Assembly (NCBI GenBank): GCA_030141605.1
Contig: JAQGDQ010000456.1
Span: 26,672-90,671, forward strand
DNA length: 64,000 nucleotides
Direction: 5' to 3'
Source: Tubiluchus corallicola
Taxonomy: Eukaryota > Animalia > Priapulida
Under the pieces are notes generated by a model. It searched no databases, had not been told where the DNA came from, and was given only the letters and a program-made list of their open reading frames with translations. Every line of letters starts with the position of its first letter. Position 1 is the stretch's first letter. The translations under genes and the position numbers were made by a program. Below, piece after piece: positions 41,701-53,894 of this stretch.

Positions 41701-44700
41701 TATCCACTTCCTACTGGATGAAGGGAGTGCCTGGACAAATCCACGTAAGTATCCACTTCCTACTGGATGAAGGGAGTGCCTGGACAAAGCCACGTAAGTA
41801 TCCACTTCCTACCGGATGGAAGGAGTGCCTGGACAAAGCCTTGTAAGTATCCACTTCCTACCGGATGGAAGGAGTGCCTGGACAAATCCACGTAAATATC
41901 CACTTCCTATCGGATGGAAGGAGTGCCTGGACAAAGCCACGTAAATATCCACTTCCTACCGGATGAAGGGAGTGCCTGGACAAATCCACGTAAGTATCCA
42001 CTTCCTACTGGATGAAGGGAGTGCCTGGACAAAGCCACGTAAGTATCCACTTCCTACCGGATGGAAGGAGTGCCTGGACAAAGCCACGTAAGTATCCACT
42101 TCCTACCGGATGGAAGGAGTGCCTGGACAAAGCCACGTAAGTATCCACTTCCTACCGGATGGAAGGAGTGCCTGGACAAAGCCACGTAAGTATCCACTTC
42201 CTACCGGATGGAAGGAGTGCCTGGACAAAGCCACGTGTGAATGCTACAGTTTCAATAGTTCAAGAATTATCTAGAAGTTTTATTTTCAGTGTCTCTCAGA
42301 TTGCTATTGTCATGATACCCAGATTTATCTTGGTTTTACCTTTTTTATACAACTCATTCCAAACAAGACTGGTGGCAAGTCTGGATGAAGGTCAAAGGTC
42401 AAAATATGAACAAGACTGGTGGCAAGTCTGGATGAAGGTCAAAGGTCAAAATATGAACAAGACTGGTGGCCAGTCAGGATGAAGGTCAAAGGTCAAAATA
42501 TGAACAAGACTGGTGGCCAGTCAGAATGGAGGTCAAAGATCAAAATATGAACAAGACTGGTGGCCAGTCAGGATGGAGGTCAAAGATCAAAATATGAACA
42601 AGACTGGTGGCCAGTCAGGTTGAAGGTCAAAGGTCAAAATATGAATACATATGCATGCAGAAAAACAGAATTTACTAATTAACTAAGGATAGGAAGCAGC
42701 ATTTGATGTTCCTTCTGGATTGGGTAAGGCTTTAGATACCCGGGGAAAAGCTTTCTCAAATAATTCCACAGGTAAGCAGCCCGAAGGAACTATTCTATTT
42801 GCATGAAGATGACAGTTGTTGAAGTAGGTTGTTACACTGCATCGTGTGAATGTTACGTATTAATTGCGAACTTAAAAATAAAGTAACAGATTGTTTTATA
42901 AAAAAAAATGTCTACAATTTTGTTTCGAATGTGACGTTTGCTATACAACAAAATCGTAATGATATGACATCACACGTTACTTGTTTACAACAAAATTGTT
43001 GTCATTTTCATAGGGGTAGATATTACTATTGGAAGTTAGCTACCGACGAGGTGTCATGGCTGCCACCTTCACACCCACGGGCAGTTGTCACGGTAACGGC
43101 CGATAGAGTCCGAGGTGAGGAAAAGCTTCTTGCGGGTGTCAGTGATAACTCAATTTGAATGATTCAATGGTTAAGAGTGCATTATTAAGACAAGAATTAC
43201 TATTGTGCGCATACGGTCAAGTCAGTAAACGAATTGTGGCAGGCTCTAGAGATTGCTTATTTGCAGAGTGAGAGAGAGAGAGGACAAGAAGAGAGGGAGA
43301 GAAGAGACTGGACAAGGAGAGGAAGAGAGAGAGAGAGAGGGAGCAAAAGAACGAGAAAGAGAGAGAGGGGGAGGGAGGGAGAGAGAGGGGGGGATGAGGG
43401 AGAGGGAGGGAGAGAGCACAAGAAGAGAGAGAAAGGGGAGAAAGAGAGAGGGGGAAGGGAGAGAGAGAAAGGGGAGAGAGAGAGAGAGAGAGAGAGAGAA
43501 GAAGAGAGGTTTGAGGGAGAGGGAGGGAGAGAGAGAGAGAAGAAGAGAGGTTTGAGGGAGAGGGAGGGAGAGAGAGAGAGAAGAGAGGTTTGAGGGAGAG
43601 GAAGGGAGAGAGAGAGAAAGAAGAGAGGTTTGAGGGAGAGGAGGGAGAGAGAAGAAGAGAGGTTTGAGGGAGAGGAAGGGAGAGAGAGCCAGTGTTCATG
43701 TTTTTATTCTCCTTATAGAACTTGTACAGAACGGCACGGCCGAATTTGATCAGGAGTCATTTGTCATGAAGAGGCAGACAGATGAAAAAGATGAGGATGA
43801 AGAAATTGAAGAGGATGAAGAAGAAGACATGAGAAGCGAGTCAGAAGAGGTAAAATGCACTTGTCTCTCGGTGCTCTTTCAGAAATGATGCACTGTTGTT
43901 TTGCACGTGTTTAGTTTGTGCTGCCATCTTGTGAATATAAAATGAATTTTCTTTTGTTTGTGTGACTGCGCAAGGTGCAATTACAAATTTTATTGCTTCA
44001 TCTAATTAACTTACAGACCGTAAAAAAATCCAATTTTTACAGTATCCTTGTTAATTTCATTACATCGAGTGTTTACAGGTAAAAACAGCCTTCAGATCTT
44101 TTTTCAGATGGGTCTTTAACCTTTGTAATGGTCACATTTTAGGCTCTGTGCATTTTGAATCAATTTATCAAGCATTTTTGCTTTTTCTTCTACCGTAAAT
44201 GAAGAGTTTTCGTGAGGTACTGTCATCAGATTTTTCTCAAATAATTGTATTACCTCGAAATTTGAACAAAGACTGCATATGTACTACATTTAAACTTCAG
44301 AACACTTGTACTGGAAATCTTGCATTGGCGTACTTACAAGCCTTCGCTTGTTGTTGGCTTTGGCCACCTTGTGGTGATTTTTGGCCTAATCACGTGATCA
44401 GTTTGATCTGGGTCAGAGGCCTACTGTGAAGTGAGGACGTGTCATGGTGGGTTGATTAAATGTTGTCGTTATCTGTTTACAATTGCTCATGATTTGGGGC
44501 TAATAACGTATGTATATCCTCTAATTACTTTAAAAAACTTAAATTTAGTTTAAAATAACAGCTATGTATTAATTAGTACGACAGTGCAGTGTAGAACTCT
44601 TAATTATGTAAAATAGACTTTTGGCTAGTGTTATTTTTTGTTATTTTTTGGCACTAATTTCTTATGTTTACATGGAATGACATGTTTTGGCAAATAAAAA

Positions 44701-47700
44701 ACAAAGAAAGAGCAAAATTTAATCCAGCTTCGAATTTGGTTTTGAAGGCCCAAACATATGAATTGTAAAAAAAATTAACACAGCAGCAGCTACAGCTTTC
44801 CAAAATGTTGCCATAGTGATCGTAACACTGTGTGCATTGTCTACAGCTTGTAAAAACACAGTGCAGACTGGGTATTGGTAAAGTTGGTGTTGCTATGGTA
44901 ACCGAGCAGTTTTTTGTCCGCCATCTATGGGCAAGTTGAAAAAGCGTTGCAAATGTAAAATTGCATTATTATGTTATTATAATGAAACTTTGGAGACAAC
45001 TGGTTCAATAAGCGTGCTAGACTTACTGATGATGAATTAGTAAAACTAAATAGTAAATTTACTTAATTCCTTCAAGACCATAACAGCTTTTGCTGCATTT
45101 TGCATTTTTGAGGAAAAAGTTGAAAAAGCTTTCAATAACTGCAGTGTTTGCACTGTAACAATGTACAGAATCACTTGTGTGAAATCAACTGATTCAGAAA
45201 ATTCAACTATCCAGACACAACACTCTGACACACTTTCACCTCAAGTCTACTCTATTTTCAAGGAAAAATTCCTGTTAAAAGATGAAGGAACCTTAATTTG
45301 TCCTTGGCTGATCGGTGGTTTTTTTCTGGAACTCTGAACAGTAAGCAGTTCTGTTCGACTACAGCAAGCAGGCAATCAATAGAATGATGTGTACTTTCAC
45401 GCAAGTGTACACCAGACTCAGCCACTCGATAGATCAAATCACTTTATCCAATTAAATCACTTAATAATGTTTGAACAAATAGCATGATTGGATAGCCGCG
45501 ATTCTCCTGAATAGAACAGAATGTAATTTGTAATCATTTAGTTATGTCTGTGCTCATAGGTCTTATAAAACTTATATTGGTGAACACTTATATATACCCA
45601 GTCCTGAAGGTGTTAATAATTTGTCAATAATTTGTCAGTTAATTAATGATGTTTGTTCTAGGAAGAATCAGAGGAAGAGAGTGATTCGGAGCCTGCTCCG
45701 GGCACTCGAGAACAACGAGCGACATTTGAACCGGACGAATTTGAGCCATTCAGTAACGATTTAAAACAAGCGACACGGGAACAGCAAAAAGACGAGAGGA
45801 GAGGTAAATGTGGCAATAACAGAACTCTTTTACTTGACATTATGTACCGTGATCAGTATGAAATGCAGGGGTGTGTCTGAGGATTGTCAGCAGCTGATGT
45901 GGCTGCATTGTAAAATAACATGGTAAAGTTTGTTCAAAAACTTACATACGAGTAAGCGAAATGGTTTCCCATGTTGCCAAGAATGAATAGCATTGTGTAA
46001 TTGTCTTGCGTTATGCCCAAGAGAAAGTGTTTCTCGTCGGCTGAGATGCGGTTTCATTTGAAACAGTTTCCTCGTTGAAAGACATTTACAGCTTAAAGCT
46101 TTTCTTCTTTCAGAGAAATTTGTTGAAACTTTAATATTAGCAGGGATGAGAATTTTCCGTGGATACGGGGAATTCCGAGTTTTTGGAAGGCCAGTAGTGC
46201 CATTTTTGTAAATCTCGTAAATTCGTTGAGAAAGTTTTTACGGACCCAGTACATTATTTCACAAGCTGACCGCTAGTTGGCAGGCCGTCACTTTGTTTAC
46301 ATCACGTACATCAGTGTAACCACGTGTATGTCTCTATGTATAAAAATATAGAATCAATTGTGCGGAGTTATTTGAGTCAATTGCAGACAGTTTTTATATA
46401 CTTTTGTATAGGAGCGGCCAGTACTTAGGCGTTTTTGAGACAATTAGGCATCATGTATCCTTGATAGTTGGGTATTTTAAATTATGCATGAAACAAGGTA
46501 ATTGATATTTTAAGTCCACTTAGAGGCTTTCTACGATCACAAAATTGCAATTTGTTGCTGCCCGCGGCCTGTTCCCGAGCTTTTTACAATTTGTTGCTGG
46601 CTCCAAGGGGGCCCCCCAAACCCCCAGCTTGTTTCAAAGTTTTTTGCAAGTTGTCATTTTCATCCCTGCATTAGACACTTTGAAGCTTGTTGAAATATGG
46701 ATCAGTTTTTGCTATTTTGATTTTTTATTTGTGATTTAAAATACTGTACATAAGCAAAACTTTAGTGACATATGTAGGTACAGAAGTCATTAAGCTTATG
46801 ATCAGCACATTTCAAGCAAATAATGCACATATCTAAAAACTGACATTTTGTGTAGCTTCTTATTTACATTAACGAGTCCAGCCAGTACAAAAGTTCTACT
46901 AGCGAGGCTTTTAATGTTCAGGTTTTCTGTTATTTTGCTAAAACAACTTCCAACAAGCGATTTTGTCAGGAGTATTCCTGATAATTATTGTGTATCTTTT
47001 CTCAGGGCGCAAACGACCTCGAGATGACCTTGACCCCATGGACCCAGCAAGTTATTCTGATGTACCACGGTAAGGAGAAGAATTAGCGAGTTTTAACCAT
47101 AAACTAGGGAGAGTTTCATCACTAAATACATTTAGTCCCAGAGTTTGAAACAAAACGTTTTCCTGTTGTGGAAATCCCTGGCATCTATTAGAATTAAATA
47201 GAACATTGTAGAATGTTCCATTGGAATAATCGTCTTACCTTGTAGAATGTTCTAGAAAGAAACGTCTAGAATGTTCCCTGGCACCCTCTATAAGGCGAAG
47301 CAGGCCGCTGAGACACACACACACGCAGATTCACACGGACGCCACTTACACGTTCTCTTGTATATTTGTATTTTCAGATACACTTAAACGTTTTCCAGAT
47401 TTTCACGTTTACTGTAAACATTTCGCGTTCCTTCATACCTTTGTGTTGTAGAATTCTCGCATAATAAACTAGTTTAATTTGACGAAGTGTTTTCTGGATT
47501 TCTCTACGAGCCTTCCGAGAGAAACAAAACACAACAATTCCGCCATTGTCAAGTGAATATAATTTAAAAAGATTATTAACAAGATTATGCTAAATTATTG
47601 ATGTATGTCATATTTTAAATTACTAGTTTGTTCAATGCTATATGAGACATTTGACCATTTAAACCTGATTGAATTTAACAATTTCCATGAATTAAAGGAA

Positions 47701-49874
47701 AGAGCAACTCACTCAGTACGCTGCCTTTATTTTACTCTTGTCTTGTAAACTTAGAAAAATAAAACAAAGAAATTCTCAGGTGTGGTATTTGCCGCCATTC
47801 ACTTGAAAATAGGGGGAGACTTTGTAACTTTTCTTAAGCCAATGGTGGCTTTCCATGACAGCACGCTGCTCAAACTAATTCAAACTTCTGCAGCTTACCT
47901 AATGTACATGCAAAATTATCTATGTAAGTTTTTTATAAAAACTTATACTTTTGACGAAGATATCGCGGCTTTCAAGTGCCTTTACTAGTTACACGAGGCA
48001 CTTATTGAAGTTTTGTTATTAAATGCTTCTAACATTTTTCGCGAACATAGAAGTAACACTTCCCAGAAATGCTTCTAACATTTTTCGCGAACACAGTAGT
48101 AAGATGTCCCAGAAATGCTTCTAACATTTTTCGCTAACATAGTAGTAAGACGTCCCAGATGGCTTGACTTTTCCTTTAACTGAAACGTTCTCGCACTTGC
48201 GTTATTTTCGTATCAAGAAAAACCCGTAAGAGTCGAAGTCTTCAGTACTGTAATCTGGGAAACTAAAGATAAAAAGGCAAAAGATAAATATACAAAACTT
48301 CAATTACGTGGTGGAGTGCGTCATCGTTCATGGGAACCATGGGGAAGAAGTTGATCATTGGGGGGGGGGGGGGCTAAAACAATTTTTGCCTCAAGGTGTC
48401 GGAAACATCTTTCTGATTGGACAGTTATTTCATATTATTCTACTTAGTTTTCGTTAACAAGTATTCCGTGTACAGTAGAAACACAAACTTCGTAATGAAT
48501 AGCTTCAAAGCCAAGTGAATCACTACTGTCATCACCTAATTAACTGCGTAATTATCTTAAATGCTTATTGTAGTCAGGAAGTGCGTACACAGGAAGTAGA
48601 TCCTTGGGGAAATGGGTAGACAGGAAGAAGATCTTTGGGGAAAACCTGTCTGGCATGTGAAATGATTGGAGCAGGTTTTTCTCCATGTTACAATAATTTC
48701 TAGCATTTTTATAACTATTTTGTAGCCAATGTATAGTGATCTAGAGAGTGCTTATATAGTACAAAACTGTGTACAGATAAATAGAGAAATTAGTACTAAC
48801 ATTAGTACTCATGACTGTTTACTAATAATATGATTTTCCTGAACTTTATTAAGATGCAAAAAACCTTCAGTTCTAATAGCTTAAAAACTCTTGGGCTTTA
48901 AGAGCAAAGAAAAAATATCTAAAACTTTTACAAGTTTGTGACAAGCTGCCGTAAGGCACTATGCCGATTTCAACTACTTACAGGGTTCCCATGGTCAAGG
49001 AAATATCCTTGAAAACACGGGCTATCCTGAAAAAATCAGGGAAAACGATAATTTGGTAAAAACGTCAGAGAAAATCATGAAAATGGGGCGAAAAGTCGGG
49101 AAAATTGGAAAAGGTTGTAAAAATAATCACCATGAACCGATATTTTTCCGAACATATTTTTCAGCGATTCGTGTTCAAATAAAATTTTGCTATGACAAGC
49201 TCCTAGTTTTGATTTCTGTTCCAAAATTGATGATTGGCCGACGCATTATATATAAGTATATGTATGAATGTCCATACACAAAAATGTTTGAACATGTTTA
49301 CTGGTATTGCAATTTCTGCTTATCTTGGTCATGGAAAATCAATATTTGGTCAGGGAAAAGTCTTGGAAAATTATTTTAAAATTCTGTGGGGACCCTGAAC
49401 TTAGAACTGTCCCTGGTGATGAAGCTTTACGTCACTTGCTTGACTTTGTTTATTCAGAGAGTTAAATATCCTTATTATTGAGCATAAATGCAGGTTTGGT
49501 GTCGAGTTGTTTAGTTATGAAAGTATCAGAACATTCTGACTTTGTTAATTCATTCCAACACTTCTGTGAAGTCATTGCTCACTCTCTCTAATAAATGGAT
49601 AAGTTCCAATCCTGCCACACCCACCAATACTGTAAATAATGTCTACTGTGTTGAGTGTTCGATCCCATCTGTACAAACTATGTAAGGCAGTGTATTTAAA
49701 TTAAAGTGTCTGCTTTTATCGTTTAGTGGTGGCTGGTCAGAAGGTTTAGACCAGAAGGGTTCTGCAAAGACGGGAGTGGACACAACGGCCTCGGGTCCGC
49801 TGTACCAGATGCGTCCGTATCCCAGTCCGGGAGCCGTCCTGCGAGCCAATCAGGAGGCAAAGAAGAGTTCGTAG
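38706..49874 (+). CDS. PQBP1: Polyglutamine-binding protein 1, 8 coding exons: join(38706-38784,39785-39992,41438-41548,43014-43114,43719-43849,45662-45803,47006-47069,49727-49874), 327 aa
   Basis: N-terminus [26 protein letters not shown] domain [32 protein letters not shown]-terminal [22 protein letters not shown]...[29 protein letters not shown]. All introns GT-AG with consistent phases; 984 nt total. Confidence 0.96.
39785..39992 (+). CDS. PQBP1: PQBP1 exon 2
   Basis: TTTAG| ...HEEVIAEDY...[17 protein letters not shown]; donor AA|GTAAGA, phase 2. Confidence 0.93.
40105..40712 (+). mobile_element. Interspersed repeat family E (MITE-like)
   Basis: Co-linear with 58267-58914 (ATTTTCTAGTTATTCACATAT...CATCATAATGTAGTTTTAACTA...CAAGCACACA). 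Confidence 0.75.
41438..41548 (+). CDS. PQBP1: PQBP1 exon 3 (first half of WW domain)
   Basis: TATAG| [36 protein letters not shown]; donor AC|GTAAGT, phase 2. Confidence 0.92.
41502..42236 (+). repeat. 49-bp tandem repeat x15 made of the last 47 nt of PQBP1 exon 3 plus GT
   Basis: Unit AAGTATCCACTTCCTACCGGATGGAAGGAGTGCCTGGACAAAGCCACGT at 41502, 41551, ...; 735 bp = 15x49. Confidence 0.96.
42362..42645. repeat. 47-bp tandem repeat x6 containing AGGTCAAAGGTCA (DR1)
   Basis: Unit AACAAGACTGGTGGC(A/C)AGTC(T/A)GGATGAAGGTCAAAGGTCAAAATATG. Confidence 0.92.
43014..43114 (+). CDS. PQBP1: PQBP1 exon 4 (second half of WW domain)
   Basis: CATAG| [33 protein letters not shown]; donor G|GTGAGG, phase 1. 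Confidence 0.93.
43270..43688. repeat. GA-rich simple repeat
   Basis: Direct reading. Confidence 0.93.
43719..43849 (+). CDS. PQBP1: PQBP1 exon 5 (acidic)
   Basis: TATAG| ELVQNG...[10 protein letters not shown]; donor GAG|GTAAAA, phase 0. Confidence 0.85.
45120..45617 (+). mobile_element. Interspersed repeat family F (TTAA-ended, piggyBac-like non-autonomous)
   Basis: Co-linear with ~51065-51520; ends GTCCTGAAGGTG-TTAA, near-inverse of TTAA-CTCCTTCAGAAC at 50860. Confidence 0.6.
45662..45803 (+). CDS. PQBP1: PQBP1 exon 6
   Basis: TCTAG| [13 protein letters not shown]...QKDERR; donor AG|GTAAAT, phase 1. Confidence 0.85.
46141..46668. mobile_element. MITE with CAGGGATGA termini
   Basis: CAGGGATGAGAAT ... 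ATTTTCATCCCTG; right part related to 41235-41368; flanks TATTAG / CATTAG. Confidence 0.65.
47006..47069 (+). CDS. PQBP1: PQBP1 exon 7
   Basis: CTCAG| [20 protein letters not shown]; donor CG|GTAAGG, phase 2. Confidence 0.95.
47164..47536 (+). mobile_element. Solo LTR (373 bp), possibly BEL/Pao type
   Basis: TGTTGTG...CACAACA termini; TATA-like CTATAAG (~47288); AATAAA (~47463); flanks TTTCC / ATTCC (4 of 5 TSD match). Confidence 0.75.
47692..48179 (+). mobile_element. Family D TTAA-flanked element with internal 46-bp triplication
   Basis: TTAA-AGGAAAGAGCAACTC ... TTGACTTTTCCT-TTAA; AAATGCTTCTAACATTTTTCGC at 48021, 48067, 48113. Confidence 0.72.
48981..49397. mobile_element. MITE with CAGGGT(T/C)CCCA termini and GGAAAA-rich subtermini
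   Basis: CAGGGTTCCCA ... TGGGGACCCTG; flanks TACTTA / AACTTA. Confidence 0.7.
49727..49874 (+). CDS. PQBP1: PQBP1 exon 8 (last coding exon; YPSPGAVL motif)
   Basis: TTTAG| [48 protein letters not shown]. Confidence 0.96.
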
Positions 49875-49901
49875 TGAAACGCATCAGAATCGAGAAAGAA
49901 T

Positions 49902-50025
49902 TAGACTTCGGTCACTGGTCGTCAGACTTTGGTCACTGGTCATTAGACTTAGGTCACTGGTCGTCAGACTTCGGTCACTGGTCATCAGACTTCGGTCACT
50001 GGTCATCAGACTTTGGTCATTGGTC
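49902..50025. repeat. 21-bp tandem repeat x6 in the PQBP1 3' UTR
   Basis: AGACTT(C/T/A)GGTCACTGGTC(G/A)TC. Confidence 0.9.
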
Positions 50026-50177
50026 TTGTATATATGAACTGTCCTGTAAACTGTTATGTAATTTGCATTGAAAATTGTCACATTTATATGCAGTAAAACG
50101 TACATTGATGGTCAAAATCAAAGCAAGAAGAACCACAGTAAATGTTTGTGTAGATAAAATGATCTAGACATACCAAC

Positions 50178-50183
50178 AATAAA
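50178..50183 (+). terminator. Candidate PQBP1 polyadenylation signal
   Basis: First AATAAA about 300 nt after the stop; another near 50242. Confidence 0.45.
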
Positions 50184-50859
50184 CTTCACAATGTTAATAC
50201 CAATTGGCAGTACACTTAGAATAGATTGGAAATATTTGTACAAATAAAAAATAATCTATTGTTGAAATATAGTTGCTCTCATGTGTACTTTTGGAATACA
50301 TGTGTTGTGCATGTTTACTAAATACAAAAAAATAGCCAAAATTTTCAAAAAGTTCAAAAAGTTGCCATTTTATAACAGGTTGCGCCATCTGTTGAGAGAG
50401 AAAAGATTTGGTGTGATAAACATTCTTATCATCCAATTTTCAAAGCTTTGTTTTGCAAGAAAGTTAGCCAAGTTTTAATTAGAATTTCTATTGGTCAGAG
50501 TTAATTAGGTGAATAATTAGTCCATCATTACTTCATGAACAGCTGCTGTATCAAAATATTATCTTTTCTCTTCGACAATGGAGACTAAGATTGGACTAAA
50601 CCCAGAATTACTAATCTTTTAAAACCAAACTTGAGATTGAGAAACAATTTTCTCGGGTAGAGAATTCCATAAATAAGCAACTCAGTGGACAATGCGATTT
50701 ACAAGCAGCCGTCAATGGTTTCTACTTTGGGTTTATTCCTTTATTAACTAATTGCAGCCTCTATTAGAAATGAGCTTATTAGTACAGTGATGTAAATGAC
50801 ATTTCAATTGACAGGCCTTAGGAAGCTGCAGGTTTAGTGTTTATGATAATTATGGTAAT

Positions 50860-51520
50860 TTAACTCCTTCAGAACCGTAAGTGTTTGCTGCATTTTTCAC
50901 GGGTTCATGAAAAACTGCTCTTACTAAGCTGTGATTACATTATATTTGATAATTTTTCTAGGTTTCTATGCCTCACACAATGGATTTTCATGCAAAATTA
51001 TATATTAAATGCATTTGCTTTCCTTATACAAATTAAAAAAATGATTTTTGATAAATAAATTGAAAAAAAAGCTTTCAATAACTGCAGTGTTTGCACTGTA
51101 ACAATGTACAGTATTACTTATGTGAAATCAGCTAATGCAGAAAATTTCAACGGTCCAGACACACAACACTGATGAACTTTGGCCTCAAGTCTACTCTATT
51201 GTTAAGGAGAAATTCCTGTTAAAAGATGAAACAACATTAATTTGTTCTTAGCTGATCGCTTGGTTTTTTTTCTTTAATAGCAGCGGAACACTGCACAGCT
51301 TGGGCTGTAGCAAGCAGGCGATCAATAAAATAATGTGTACGATCATGCAAGTGTACACCAGACTAAGCTACTCAATAAGCTAAGTTTGAGTGCCTGAAAA
51401 AGGCGTGTTTTCTTAGTTTACAAATGTTTAAACAAATAGTACGATTGCAAATCCAAGATTCTGCTGAGTAAAATAGTACCTAATTTGTAATTATTTAGTT
51501 ATATCGGTGCTCATACAGAA
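50860..51520 (+). mobile_element. Family F element
   Basis: Starts TTAACTCCTTCAGAACC; shares AAGCTTTCAATAACTGCAGTGTTTGCACTGTAACAATGTACAG with 45125 onward. Confidence 0.6.
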
Positions 51521-52356
51521 GCAGGAAAGTTGTAGGACCTATTTTGAATGATGCGGTCCTGATGTAACTAATCACGGATGAGGAATGGCAGCTTCCATCC
51601 ATAGCAACCATAGCAAAAAAATTTCATGGCAATCAACTTTCAATGTGAAGGATTTTAGGTTATTTTATTACTTCAGTGTTCTCTCATTCTGCAACCCCCC
51701 CCCCATCCTTTAACTGCATTCGTATGTATGTCTTGACTTGGCTTCTTTCTGTCATGCTCTACTGACAGAGCTAGTTTACCTGGTGAGTTGGCAGTCTGTT
51801 CTTGGCTAAGAGAGTTGTTGTTGTTGTTATTTGTCTCAGTTAAACCATTTATTTGTCAACAGTAGTAGAGTCATGATGTAAGTGTATTCAGTCTCACTTT
51901 ACTATTAATTTCTTTGTCTCTTTTTTTGGCTCAAATTAGTTTGTTATGATTTTTCTTACAGATAAAACGTAATAAAGCTACTCAAACATGAATTTGTTTG
52001 ACTTTGGGCATCATGAAGTAGTAGTCTCTCACATTCACTGAACATGTTTGTAGTTTTGATCTTTTAATTACACATGACATCATTCACATTTGCATGAAAT
52101 ATAATTACATAATTCGGGTATGTAAATATATAATTACGTACGTACATGATTTCACGATAATCACAAAATGTTGAAGTACATAGAATGTCTTGAAAATAGT
52201 TTTAAGAAAACAATTATTATAATCAAAATATTTTAGAAATAAACAGAATTTACAGATATCAAACTTATGTGATATCTTGTTCCACAATGTATTCGGATGG
52301 AAATCCGCTTGTGCAGGAAATATCATATCATGACAAACACAAGCACTTGAAAATTT

Positions 52357-52890
52357 TGTGCTGCCATCTAGTGGAGAATAAAAACAGTAATTTGCTGCAT
52401 CTTGAAGCAGTAGGAAACACTTTGTACTGGAACGGTATCTGTGAACCAAGTTTTAGTGATTAATCTTGTGCCAATAGCACTTGTGTGTGCTGCCATCTAG
52501 TGGAGAATAAAAACAGTAATTTGCTGCAGCTTGAAGCAGTAGGAACACTGTGTATTGGAACGGTATCCGTGAACCAAGTTTTAGTGATTAATCTTGTGCC
52601 AATAGCACTTGTGTGTGCTGCCATCTAGTGGAGAATAACAACAGTAATTTGCTGCAGCGTGAAGCAGTAGGAAACACTTTGTACTGGAACGGTATCTGTG
52701 AACCAAGTTTTAGTGATTAATCTTGTGCCAATAGCACTTGTGTGTGCTGCCATCTAGTGGAGAATAAAAACAGTAATTTGCTGCAGCTTGAAGCAGTAAG
52801 AAACACTGTGTACTGGAACGGTATCTGTGAACCAAGTTTTAGTGATTAATCTTGTGTGAATAGCACTTGTGTGCACTGCCATCTAGTGCG
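52357..52890. repeat. 129-bp tandem repeat (~4.2 copies), each with a CTCF-like motif
   Basis: CTGCCATCTAGTG at 52361, 52490, 52618, 52747, 52876. Confidence 0.93.
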
Positions 52891-53315
52891 GAACAAAGCG
52901 TTTAGATTTTTGAGATCAAAAACAAGTGTAGTCATAAGCACTATCACAGTATCATTCTTGCCACGTGGGTCAGCGATAATAAATATTACAATACCCTTAC
53001 AGTCAGCTTATGTTTCATTTGTTTCATAATAGATGTCACCACGTTATGCACAATATATTACCAATAATGCTGTTTACAAAATGGGTGTCGCCATCTGCTA
53101 AAATCGACATTAAACTAACATCAGCTAGAGAATGTTTAAGCCTCACTCCAAACTTACAATTTTCAAATTATGTGGCTGAGAAAGTAATTTTTAATATTAA
53201 CCAAAAGTTATACAGACCAGTCAATAACGCGACAGATAAGAAACCATCTTATAAATCAGTCTTAAATGACATGATTATGTACAACAAGAGTAGAAATAAT
53301 AAAACTATACAAGAA

Positions 53316-53692
53316 CAATGATCTCACACATGGTACATGTAAAATAATCTATATGCAAAGTGTTGAAGCAAAAAATACAACAGAAATAATAGATTTACCA
53401 TAATTGGATATTGATTATCTTCTAATGGCAAAATTTGACTGATTTCAACAGCAAAAATATACAAAAGTATTTCCAATAATTTAATCGATCTATCCATATC
53501 TAATCTACTAATCTAATCAATGATCTCACACATGGTGCACATAAGATAACCCATATGCAAAGTGTTGAAGCAAAAAATATAATGGAAATAAAAGATTTAC
53601 CATAATAGGACACTGATTATCTAGAAAATGGCAAAATTTGACTGATTTTAACAGCAAAAATATACAAAAGTATTTCTAATAATTTAATTGAT
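53316..53692. repeat. ~202-bp diverged tandem duplication
   Basis: CAATGATCTCACACATGGT at 53316 and 53518 with co-linear downstream sequence. Confidence 0.85.
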
Positions 53693-53894
53693 ACATCTAT
53701 TCGACACAAATATGCTAAAACTAAGAAATTTTTTTCTGACAAATCATTAACAAATACTCTATATATATATATATATATACACACATCATGTACAGATAAT
53801 TTTTAAAGGTAAATGTAAATATAAACACAATGAAATAGTCTACTTTTCCATTTTTTGAGATTGAAACGGTCAAAGATTTTATATTACTGTTAAA

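Noticed and set aside
43217-43699. ER-rich ORFs as the PQBP1 polar (DR/ER) repeat domain
   Set aside because: Intronic GA repeat; exons 4 and 5 join in phase without it.
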